Origin: Bacillales bacterium UBA3207
GTDB taxonomy: Bacteria; Bacillota_I; Bacilli_A; RFN20; CAG-826
Reading direction: 5' to 3'
DNA: 64,000 nucleotides
Assembly (NCBI GenBank): GCA_002363735.1
Contig: DEWP01000017.1
Span: 63,393 to 127,392 of the forward strand
The translations under genes and the position numbers were made by a program. This document shows, piece by piece, positions 51,841 through 60,348 of this stretch. The notes beneath the pieces are model-generated. The model was not told the DNA's origin. It ran no database searches and saw only the letters and a program-made list of their open reading frames with translations. The stretch's first letter is position 1. Each line of letters opens with the position of its first letter.

Positions 51841-52425
51841 ATGAAAAACATTCGAGAAATTATTGGAGAGAACCTCTCTGAACTAAGAAAAGAAGCTAAA
51901 TTAACACAGCTCGAACTTGCTGAAAAATTTAACTATTCTGATAAATCAATCTCTAAGTGGGAGAAGGGTGAAACACTTCCTGATATTGTGACTTTAAATG
52001 AACTTTGTGAGTTCTATGGAGTCTCTTTAGATTACCTTACACACGAAGCCACACCTGAAACAAAAAAGAAATATAAAAAACAAACGTCTCAAGACCACTA
52101 CAACAAAATTATTCTAACTTCTTTAGGCGTTTCGGTTGTTTGGATGCTCGCAACAATTATTTATGTCTGGTCACTCATTAAATTTAATAACGGAATTTGG
52201 ATGGCGTTTGTTTGGGGTGCTCCGGCAACATTCCTTTTATTAACAGTTGCAAATCACCGTTATTTCCATGAAAAAGTCCTGTATTTTATCTTTAGTAGTT
52301 GCTTCCTTTGGACAACATTGGCTGCAAGTTTTTTACAGTCTTTTAGCGACAAAGTTTGGACAATCTTCCTGCTTGGTATTCCAATTCAAGCGGCCTTATT
52401 CCTATACGGAAAGATGAAGCATTAA
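51841..52425 (+). CDS. XRE-family HTH regulator with 4 C-terminal TM helices
   Basis: LRKEAKLTQLELAEKFNYSDKSISKWEKGETLPD..YGVSLDYL. Confidence 0.9.
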   Translation: MKNIREIIGENLSELRKEAKLTQLELAEKFNYSDKSISKWEKGETLPDIVTLNELCEFYGVSLDYLTHEATPETKKKYKKQTSQDHYNKIILTSLGVSVVWMLATIIYVWSLIKFNNGIWMAFVWGAPATFLLLTVANHRYFHEKVLYFIFSSCFLWTTLAASFLQSFSDKVWTIFLLGIPIQAALFLYGKMKH

Positions 52426-52448
52426 AAAAGAGAGCTTTGCTCTCTTTT
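52424..52448. terminator. Bidirectional terminator
   Basis: AAAAAGAGAGC-TTT-GCTCTCTTTT. Confidence 0.8.
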
Positions 52449-53163
52449 ATTTTCCGTATTTTTTGATATTCTCAACGTGTTCTTTTCGACTCATTTTGAC
52501 AGATGCATTTTTTAGTAATAAATATATTCTTTGCATCTCATCTAGCGAAATAACTTTTTCTTCAAATTGTGTTATAAATGAGCGGAAATCAGATAAGTTT
52601 ATTACGCCTGGAATATTTAATGATCGAGCATTATTTTGCGCCATAACAATTACTGAGGTAATATGAGGCTTTTTGCCAATAATGTCATGAATCGCGCGGA
52701 TGTGTGTATCATTTTGGAAACATGGATTTCGTCTTGCGTTTCCATTGACCATCCAATATTTATCTTGTCTTGATCCAGTGACGTTTCCGGCCCAGTTTTT
52801 CACTTCAATACAGAAGATTCCAGTTTGTCTAATCTCAATAAAATCAATTTCATGAGACATGCCGTTTGTATCCACTAAATAGATGTTTTTTAATTCAAAA
52901 TGCGGAACCTTAGCAAATGGTCCTGGATTGAGGTAGGAATGAATTTTTTCTTCTGCTTCAATGCCTCTTAGATTAGCTTCAACATCACGAGAAATTTCTT
53001 TGATTTTTGCACGGTTTGCGTCAGAAATATGCGGTTTTTGCTGGGCTTTATACTCAGCTTCCATTTCATCGTATTCACGTTCAAAACGTTCTCGCATACG
53101 TTGATTACCTTCAACAATGCTGACAGTTAATGCGACTTGATTCCAATCAATAAAATTTGCCAT
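52447..53163 (-). CDS. NERD domain nuclease-like protein
   Basis: GIEAE..HEIDFI..GIFCIEVKNWAG..NPCFQN..H. Confidence 0.85.
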   Translation of the reverse strand: MANFIDWNQVALTVSIVEGNQRMRERFEREYDEMEAEYKAQQKPHISDANRAKIKEISRDVEANLRGIEAEEKIHSYLNPGPFAKVPHFELKNIYLVDTNGMSHEIDFIEIRQTGIFCIEVKNWAGNVTGSRQDKYWMVNGNARRNPCFQNDTHIRAIHDIIGKKPHITSVIVMAQNNARSLNIPGVINLSDFRSFITQFEEKVISLDEMQRIYLLLKNASVKMSRKEHVENIKKYGK

Positions 53164-53173
53164 AACTCACTCC

Positions 53174-54307
53174 TTAATTGATTGTTGCATAAAGCTGAAC
53201 AAGAGATTCAACAACCGAATAAACACAAAGTATTATTCCAGCTACTGGGATAACTTTATCAACAAGAGTATCTTTATGTGTCTTTGAATAAGAAAACAAA
53301 ATGATCAGAGGGAAAATAAAAACCACTGGTAAACATTTACCAATACCACTTTTTAATACTTCATCAGATGCTTCTTCAACAGTGATGATCATTTTATCAG
53401 CAAGTGAGTTTGAACAAATTGTTAAAACAACAATATCTAAAGCGATGGCAAACAATAAAACAACACAGGTTGTAATGGAGAATTGCAGGGAATTTGCATT
53501 GGTTTTTAAATAAGCATCAAATTCGTCTTCAGTGTGTCCTTGTTTTAGATATAGATGTTTTCTAATCGCAAAAATGATTGTCAAGATAAAGAAAGATAAC
53601 AGTAATAAAGGTGGTTTTGTTGTTAAAAGAGGAAACACATACCAAGGAATATTAAATTCTGGAGTTGTTAATGTATGAAGTTTGACATAAACACAAGCAA
53701 CTTCATAAGCGATTGGTAAAATCACTAATAAACGGAATAAAATAATCTTCTTTCCGGTAAAAAATTTCTTTGGTTCATAAGTTAATAAGAAGAATGATAA
53801 AGAACACAAAAATAAATCAATAAAGATGTTTAAATAAACAAATTTTGATGGGTTCCAGTTTAAGACGAGTGTCACAAGTTCTTGCGATACTTCAAATACT
53901 TCGCCGTTATATCGACTTAAAACAGTAAAAACATAACGGAAAACAAATAGATAAGCTAAAGCCATCATTCCTAATGCAATTAAGCCATGTGTAACAAGAG
54001 TTTTCTTGGCCTCTTTATGGTTACGAAGGATTAATCCAAAGTTCGCGATTAAAAATGTTGGAAGGGCAAGAGAACCGATTGTTGAGAAAATATCAGCGGT
54101 CGTTTGAATCGCTTCACCAGCATGTCTAAAACGCACAAATGAACTAAAGACAACAGACATTGCCATAAACATCATAAAAACCCAGGCAATGATTCTTAAA
54201 TGACGGTATGATAAAGGACCACGAAATTTAATATCGTTATCTTGGTTATGGAGGTGCCATTTAAATAAATGGAACTTATTACCTTTATTTTTTTGTTCTT
54301 TTTCCAT
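53174..54307 (-). CDS. Multi-pass membrane protein, function unknown; start moved to 54307
   Basis: About 9 TM; DIKFRGPLSYRHLRI; TTGAAT-17-TACAAT promoter. Confidence 0.75.
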   Translation of the reverse strand: MEKEQKNKGNKFHLFKWHLHNQDNDIKFRGPLSYRHLRIIAWVFMMFMAMSVVFSSFVRFRHAGEAIQTTADIFSTIGSLALPTFLIANFGLILRNHKEAKKTLVTHGLIALGMMALAYLFVFRYVFTVLSRYNGEVFEVSQELVTLVLNWNPSKFVYLNIFIDLFLCSLSFFLLTYEPKKFFTGKKIILFRLLVILPIAYEVACVYVKLHTLTTPEFNIPWYVFPLLTTKPPLLLLSFFILTIIFAIRKHLYLKQGHTEDEFDAYLKTNANSLQFSITTCVVLLFAIALDIVVLTICSNSLADKMIITVEEASDEVLKSGIGKCLPVVFIFPLIILFSYSKTHKDTLVDKVIPVAGIILCVYSVVESLVQLYATIN

Positions 54308-54393
54308 TGGATAAATTGTAATGCATAAGCATTGTTTATTCAATAAAACGCTTTTCACTTTATTTAAAAATAATGTGAACTATAATAGTAAAT

Positions 54394-55227
54394 ATGAAAA
54401 GAATTTACCCTGTTTTATTAGCTGTTCTATTAGTGACAAGTTGCACTAATGTTAAAAAGAAAACAAATCGTTCTTCATCATTAGATGAAGTCACAAGTAA
54501 TAATCAACCTTCAGATCAAAGCGTTACAAGTCAAGTAATCACAACTACTTCTCTAGTAACTAGCCAAGGAAAGAGTGAAACTGCTCCAACAAGTGCAGGT
54601 GTATCAAAAACTTCACAAACTCCTTCCAAGACGACAAATACCAGTGCAAAAACATCAACATCTGTTCCATCTGGTAATTTGCCAGGTGGCTTTACGTTCT
54701 TTGATCCTCCAACCAACATTCCAATTGAGATTAAAACATCTTTATTAGCTGATGATTGGTGGAATAATGATTTAACAACTGATTTCCCAACAACTGATTG
54801 GGCGCATATTTATGGACACAATTTAACAAATCCAGACTTTTATTTAAATGAAGAAGGTGGATTAGTTATGGATCAAAAATATAAAGGCTTTCGAACACCA
54901 CTATTTCATCATTCTGGTCCTAAACTAGAAATTAGAATTGGTATCTCCCAAGTTAATAACGCTGGAGGTAAACCAGATACAAGTGTTCCAACAGGTTATT
55001 TCTTCTTCTATGATAAAAACGGAAATTACTTTTCAAACTTAACCCATGTTGTTGAGCAAGAAACAATTACATCAAAAACAACCGAACTTAAATTTTACGT
55101 TACAGGTGATAACACCGAAAACGTTGCATATTTCGAATTTAGATTAGCCGCTTTAACATTTAAAGGACAACAAAATTATAACTTTGGAATTGGGCATGTT
55201 AATGTTCATTCCTGGGAACGTGCATAA
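54394..55227 (+). CDS. Lipoprotein with S/T-rich linker and beta-sandwich C-terminal domain
   Basis: Lipobox VTSC, low-complexity S/T stalk, aromatic-rich C-terminal domain. Confidence 0.8.
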   Translation: MKRIYPVLLAVLLVTSCTNVKKKTNRSSSLDEVTSNNQPSDQSVTSQVITTTSLVTSQGKSETAPTSAGVSKTSQTPSKTTNTSAKTSTSVPSGNLPGGFTFFDPPTNIPIEIKTSLLADDWWNNDLTTDFPTTDWAHIYGHNLTNPDFYLNEEGGLVMDQKYKGFRTPLFHHSGPKLEIRIGISQVNNAGGKPDTSVPTGYFFFYDKNGNYFSNLTHVVEQETITSKTTELKFYVTGDNTENVAYFEFRLAALTFKGQQNYNFGIGHVNVHSWERA

Positions 55228-55251
55228 AAAATAACCAGCAATTTGCGGTTA
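55228..55251 (+). repeat. Dispersed 24-bp motif, copy 3 (just after a stop codon, between convergent genes)
   Basis: AAAATAACCAGCAATTTGCGGTTA. Confidence 0.9.
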
Positions 55252-55285
55252 TCTTTCAATTTTGATATTGATTTTTATTATTTGA

Positions 55286-56443
55286 TTAGATGGTTAAATC
55301 GCCATCTTTTATCCATCCTAATTTTCTAAATAAAAGATCGAGACCAAATACAAGAACAATTGGGGCAGCAATCTCTAAAACAAAGATTCCAACCCATGTC
55401 TGCCAACTATTTACACCCATTGAAACGATTGTACCAATTTGACCAACAAGTCCAGCGGTTCCCATGCCAGCTGCGCTACCTAAGCAGTAAATATTTAATG
55501 CACATGTTGCAATTGGTCCAAGAATTGCAGAGGCGATAATCGTCGGGAGCCAAATGATCGGTTTTTTAACAATGTTTTTAAATTGAAGCATCGATGTTCC
55601 AATACCAATCGAAAACAACATTGAAAGTTTGTTATCTTTTCTTGATTGAATCGCAAATCCAACCATTTGTGTCGAGCAACCAACTATAGCAGCTCCGCTA
55701 GCAATCACTAATCCAGCATAATTTGGATCAGCTAAGGCCATTGAGACGCTCATTCCAGATGGAAGAATAAAGATCATTGCTGCAATAGCAGCACTACTTA
55801 TTGGAGCAGTTAATGCCATACCCATGAGGACCGCCACAATAATTCCCATTAAGAATGGAGTTGCTTGAGTTCCACTATTGATTAGCCATTGCATGCCATA
55901 GGTCACATAAATTAATGGGTAACGTAAACCTAAAGCAACTAATAATCCAACAATCACTCCCACTAATGGAACTAAAATAATATCAGCGCTTGTCTTCTTA
56001 TTTAGAAGATATTTAAAAAGAAGAACAACTGCTAAGCAGACAAAATAAATCGTTAATGGATCACCAATTTTTAACATGTCTGCCGTCGGATGATTTGCTA
56101 CTGTAACAAACTTGGTTGTTAAAGAAAAATATGCTCCAGCTTGACCAACAGCGCCTAAAACAACTGTTTGGAGTGGAGTTAGTTTCATCGCAATTGCCAT
56201 ACCAACGCCAATTCCGGCACCAGTTAATATTTCTAAAACGTATGAAAGCCCGTTTTGTCCATTTCCTAAAATAGAAAAAATGAATTGACCAAAACCGCTT
56301 GTTGAATCTTTAAAGAATCCTCCAATTGTGGCGATAATTGTTCCAACAATTAAGGTTGTAAATAAACCATAGGCCATACCATTTAAAGATGTGATAAAAA
56401 GATCTTTAATTTGTTGACCGATATTTTGCTTTTCTTTTTTCAT
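55286..56443 (-). CDS. PTS EIIC-like / PfoR-family membrane protein; start moved to 56443
   Basis: LNGMAYGLF, LTAPISSAAI, GIGTSMLQFKNI, AGMGTAGLVG, GWIKDGDL. Confidence 0.8.
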   Translation of the reverse strand: MKKEKQNIGQQIKDLFITSLNGMAYGLFTTLIVGTIIATIGGFFKDSTSGFGQFIFSILGNGQNGLSYVLEILTGAGIGVGMAIAMKLTPLQTVVLGAVGQAGAYFSLTTKFVTVANHPTADMLKIGDPLTIYFVCLAVVLLFKYLLNKKTSADIILVPLVGVIVGLLVALGLRYPLIYVTYGMQWLINSGTQATPFLMGIIVAVLMGMALTAPISSAAIAAMIFILPSGMSVSMALADPNYAGLVIASGAAIVGCSTQMVGFAIQSRKDNKLSMLFSIGIGTSMLQFKNIVKKPIIWLPTIIASAILGPIATCALNIYCLGSAAGMGTAGLVGQIGTIVSMGVNSWQTWVGIFVLEIAAPIVLVFGLDLLFRKLGWIKDGDLTI

Positions 56444-56480
56444 GTGTATAATTTTTTGCTTTTTTATATTGAAAAGCAAG

Positions 56481-56548
56481 AAAAAAGGACCACAAGGTTG
56501 AACAGGAAATTTTTAAGTGGTCCTTTATGAAACAGGTTGTTTCAACTT
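56481..56548 (-). ncRNA. Candidate ECF-associated small RNA (two hairpins, U tail)
   Basis: TCCAAC-15-CATT promoter-like element; hairpin TGAAACA/TGTTTCA; AAAGGACCAC-23 nt loop-GTGGTCCTTTTTT. Confidence 0.45.
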
Positions 56549-56579
56549 ATATACAATGAAGTAATCGAGTTTTGTTGGA

Positions 56580-57563
56580 TTAAATCACAATGTTATCAAG
56601 TCCTTCGTAGGAATAAACGTGAGAGTGACCTCTTCCACTAGTAAATGAAAGAGTAATGTTTTGATAACGAATTTCTTCATCAAGTGTTTGCTTTAAATAA
56701 TCAAGTGAAATGGAAGCAGCACCACTAACTTGTGTGAATGTGTGTTCGCTTTTCACATCAGTTAAATCATTTTCTTGACGAATCGAAGCAACAAAATTTG
56801 TTTTTGATTTTGTTAGTTCGATGGAATAAGTTTTTGATAATTCTTCTTCAAAGCATGATTTAAGTGAAATCTTCACGTTATCACCGAGTTTTTCGCTTCC
56901 AAGTTGATAGAAGGAAGTTCCAATACGATATTTAAATGAAGTTTGAACTTTATTTCGAACAACTTTTGATTCAATTTCGCATGGATAATATTGGTCACTT
57001 AATCGAATTAATCCTTCGTAAGTACCTCTTTCTTTTAAATTAGAAATATTATCTTTTAGATAAACCGAAGATCCATTAACGTTAAGTTGATATTTATAGA
57101 TGACATTATCAAACTCAAAGCGATCTGATTTAAATGAATAATTAAAACCTTCTTGATGAGTTTGATAATAACTAAATGGCGAATAAGAATGATCAATATC
57201 GCGAGCCACTTCTTCAAATTCACTTTGCGAAGGAACATTAGCGTATAGACGATTATGAGATGTAACATCAACATCCGAATAATGTTGTAAAGTTAATGAA
57301 GAAACAACGGATGTTAAAACGTTTGAATTATCGTAAAATCCGTTTGTTTTGCCTTCAATATTGATTGGTTTTGGGCTTAGTGCAAAGACTAAAGTAACCG
57401 CAGCTAAAGATGCGGCAAGTGTCGAAAGAGTTGGAATAAAGATAAAACGTTTTTGAATTCGATGCGAATGTTTCTTTTGGTAAGCTTCTAAAATTTGTTC
57501 ACTGTTTTTGTTTATCTTGTGAACTTGTCCAGCTTGATAAATCTTCTTTTCAATATCATTCAT
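56580..57563 (-). CDS. Putative membrane anti-sigma factor
   Basis: Short cytoplasmic N-terminus, one TM, extracellular beta domain; overlaps the ECF stop. Confidence 0.65.
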   Translation of the reverse strand: MNDIEKKIYQAGQVHKINKNSEQILEAYQKKHSHRIQKRFIFIPTLSTLAASLAAVTLVFALSPKPINIEGKTNGFYDNSNVLTSVVSSLTLQHYSDVDVTSHNRLYANVPSQSEFEEVARDIDHSYSPFSYYQTHQEGFNYSFKSDRFEFDNVIYKYQLNVNGSSVYLKDNISNLKERGTYEGLIRLSDQYYPCEIESKVVRNKVQTSFKYRIGTSFYQLGSEKLGDNVKISLKSCFEEELSKTYSIELTKSKTNFVASIRQENDLTDVKSEHTFTQVSGAASISLDYLKQTLDEEIRYQNITLSFTSGRGHSHVYSYEGLDNIVI

Positions 57564-58077
57564 CTTTCTTTCCTCCTTTCGTTAATTTCTTTAAGGCGTT
57601 ATTGTAAGTCCATGTGACAGTTCCTAAAGGAATTTTTAACAATTTTGAGATTTCATCATGTTTTAGTTCATTAACAACATGAAGAATCATGATTGTAAAC
57701 TCTTTGTCATTGAGTTTTCTTTTCATTAGTTTGAAGACTTCGGTGTCACTTAAATCCATTAAATCTGGATCATTTTCTCCACTGATTTCTTCAACGTATT
57801 CGACGCTACTACGTTGCTCTTTCTTTATATAATTAAGGGCAGTGTTTTTACTCATCTCGATGAGATAAGACATAATGTTCCCATCAAGTTTAATTCTCTT
57901 TGGCTTCTCAAGAAGTTTCATGTAAACATCTTGTGTGATGTCTTCACTACTGGCTTCATCACGAAGTAGAGAATAAGCCATGAAGTAGACTTTTTTATGA
58001 GTTAATTCATAAAACTCATCAAAGTAGTCGAGTTCGTGGTTTTGCAGTTTAGCAAGTAAAAACTGTAGGCGTTCCAT
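57556..58077 (-). CDS. ECF RNA polymerase sigma factor; start moved to 58077
   Basis: VYFMAYSLL..SEDITQDVY..SKNTALNY; LKHDEISKLLKIPLGTVTW. Confidence 0.92.
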   Translation of the reverse strand: MERLQFLLAKLQNHELDYFDEFYELTHKKVYFMAYSLLRDEASSEDITQDVYMKLLEKPKRIKLDGNIMSYLIEMSKNTALNYIKKEQRSSVEYVEEISGENDPDLMDLSDTEVFKLMKRKLNDKEFTIMILHVVNELKHDEISKLLKIPLGTVTWTYNNALKKLTKGGKKDE

Positions 58078-58139
58078 GTTCAACCATATTATATACAAAA
58101 TATAATTTTTGTTTTATTTGAGTTTTTTTCTTAAGCAAC

Positions 58140-58164
58140 AAAAAAGGCCCACATTTGTGAGCCT
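58140..58164 (-). terminator. Terminator
   Basis: AAAAAGGCCCACA-TT-TGTGAGCCT. Confidence 0.65.
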
Positions 58165-58186
58165 AATGGGGGTTAGTTTAACTAAA

Positions 58187-58654
58187 TTATTTTGCTTTTC
58201 TAAATAAGAATGCTGCAACTGCACCAAGAACAACCCAGAGTGGGAAGATAATGGAGCCTGCACCAAGCTTGACTGCATCTTTTAATGCTTCTGGGACTTC
58301 AATGCAGAAACCACAGATCGTTTCGACAACAGCAAGTAAGGCTGTGAAGCAAAGTAAGCAAACAACAACCATATTAAGGTCGAATTTGACTTTAAGAAGC
58401 TTTGCTGCTTGTAAACAAGCACCACATGCAGCTAAAACTGTCACACCACCAAAAATCACTGTTAAGAGTAAGAACACATAACGAGCGTTGGCAGCACTAG
58501 AACCATTTTCGACTGTACCAGCTTTAAGAATGTCAAAACCAGTTGTAACTGTTGTAACTGGTCCGAGAGTAACTGAGCTGAATGCAAGGGCGAGCCAAGC
58601 AAACATTAAGCCGAAGGTTAAGACAGCAATGCAGCTAACCAAATACTTTTTCAT
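58187..58654 (-). CDS. Small 4-TM membrane protein
   Basis: TM1, beta hairpin with TGF, then 3 TM; AAAGGA RBS. Confidence 0.75.
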   Translation of the reverse strand: MKKYLVSCIAVLTFGLMFAWLALAFSSVTLGPVTTVTTGFDILKAGTVENGSSAANARYVFLLLTVIFGGVTVLAACGACLQAAKLLKVKFDLNMVVVCLLCFTALLAVVETICGFCIEVPEALKDAVKLGAGSIIFPLWVVLGAVAAFLFRKAK

Positions 58655-58811
58655 TTAGTAACTTCCTTTCGCTAGGTATTATATCAAAAAAATAATTCAT
58701 CAAACAAAAATATTAAAGACATCAAAAATCATCATAATTACTATAAGTAAAATTAACCTAATTTTGCTGGAGATTCTTGAAAAAACCTCGATATTTTTGT
58801 TTAATAAATTT

Positions 58812-59249
58812 ATGCGTCATATTATCTTTGTATGTCATGGAAATATCTGTCGATCTGTAGCGGCAGAATTCATTGCAAAACAACTGTTAAAAGAGAAAAA
58901 TAACCAGCAAATTACGGTTATTTCTCGCGCAACTTCACGCGAAGAAATTGGAAATGATATTTATCCACCAATGAAGAAGGCTTTGCTTCGTCGCGGAATC
59001 GAATTCTCAACTCATCAAGCTAAACAAATCACTCAAGATGATTATGAATGGGCCGATGAAATCTATTACATGGATCAGAATAATTTAAAGTATCTTTCAT
59101 ATCTTTTAGATAACCACAAGAAAATTATTTATCCTATTAGCAAGTTTACTCTGGATATCAATGGAATTGATGATCCCTGGTACACTGGAGAATACGACAT
59201 TGTGATTAACGAATTAATCGAATGCGTTAATTCGATTTTAGAAAATTAA
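58812..59249 (+). CDS. Low-molecular-weight protein tyrosine phosphatase; start moved to 58812
   Basis: FVCHGNICRS P-loop, YMD, IDDPWY. Confidence 0.93.
   Translation: MRHIIFVCHGNICRSVAAEFIAKQLLKEKNNQQITVISRATSREEIGNDIYPPMKKALLRRGIEFSTHQAKQITQDDYEWADEIYYMDQNNLKYLSYLLDNHKKIIYPISKFTLDINGIDDPWYTGEYDIVINELIECVNSILEN
58897..58920 (+). repeat. Dispersed 24-bp motif, copy 4 (inside the phosphatase gene)
   Basis: AAAATAACCAGCAAATTACGGTTA. Confidence 0.9.
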
Positions 59250-59282
59250 AAAAAATTCTACATGTAGAATGTCTTTATATTT

Positions 59283-59359
59283 GGGCGCCCTTGAAACGAC
59301 TCAAACGTTCGACCCACTGCTTAGAAGGCAGTTGTTCAATCCGCTTGAGCTACGAGGGC
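59283..59359 (-). tRNA. tRNA-Arg(TCT), degenerate
   Basis: GCCCTCG-TA-GCTC..GAAC-A-ACTGC-CT TCT AA-GCAGT-GGGTC-GAACG-TTTGAGT-CGTTT-CAAGGGC-G-CCC. Confidence 0.85.
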
Positions 59360-59397
59360 AGTATCTATTAAATAGTAATTGTTTAGACAATTAATCA

Positions 59398-60348
59398 TTA
59401 TTTGTCTATGTTTTGCTCGTGATTTTCGTCTTGGTTTAATTCCTTGTTAATGATTTCTTCGGTGCCATTCTCAGTCTTCTCTACAAGGTCATCATTTTTC
59501 TTTTGGTTCACGTTGTTATAAATTGTGACAATGATCGATGTCACAAGACCAACGACGACGATTCCATAAAGGCCGAGAATCACCGAGAGAATTCTTCCTA
59601 GTGTTGTTGTGATTGTTACATCACCAAAACCAATGGTTGTGATGACGGAAAAACAATACCACAGGGAATCCGCAAAACTAATCATTCCTGGTTCAACTAA
59701 AGTAAAATAGATTGAACATAGTGTGACTAAGACCAGTAGACCCATGATAATCTTCATGGCTAACGCCTGGCGGATCTTATTTAAGAACGCATCTAGTTTG
59801 AGTTGTTCCTTAACAGGAAGTAAAGCGTTCTTAAAACAAGTAAAGAAGACAATCACCGTGTAACTAAGAACAATAAAGTTCCAGTTTGATACACTGGTCG
59901 CGTGTTTCTCATAGATCGCTGGGAAAAGGAAGATAAACGAATATAAGAAACAGAAGATAATGATTAAGGAGTTTAAGATAATCGAGGAGGCACTACGGTC
60001 ATGATAAATCATAAAGGCGTGGTTCACCGCGATTAATAAACCATAGATAAAGAAGGAAACCGTGAGGAAGTAGATACTGATTGATGAAAGAGCGACAAAT
60101 GTTGCTAAAAAAAACATCGCTCCGGTGACACAGAAGTTATAAAAGAAGTTTCCTTCGTGTCGACCAATGTGTAAACAAATGCGATTTAATCCTAAAAGGA
60201 TTATCGCAGCAGTTAACACATATTTTGAGTGGACACTATCAGTGACCGATGAACCAATCGAAACGACGCAGCAAAACATTCCGATGGCACCAAAGACCAT
60301 CGCTAAAATGGTAATTATTCGTGATTGTTTAACACTAAGTTCCATCAT
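59398..60348 (-). CDS. Potassium channel family protein (Ion_trans_2) with extra N-terminal TM helices
   Basis: DSLWYCFSVITTIGFGD pore/selectivity filter, then LGRILS. Confidence 0.88.
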   Translation of the reverse strand: MMELSVKQSRIITILAMVFGAIGMFCCVVSIGSSVTDSVHSKYVLTAAIILLGLNRICLHIGRHEGNFFYNFCVTGAMFFLATFVALSSISIYFLTVSFFIYGLLIAVNHAFMIYHDRSASSIILNSLIIIFCFLYSFIFLFPAIYEKHATSVSNWNFIVLSYTVIVFFTCFKNALLPVKEQLKLDAFLNKIRQALAMKIIMGLLVLVTLCSIYFTLVEPGMISFADSLWYCFSVITTIGFGDVTITTTLGRILSVILGLYGIVVVGLVTSIIVTIYNNVNQKKNDDLVEKTENGTEEIINKELNQDENHEQNIDK

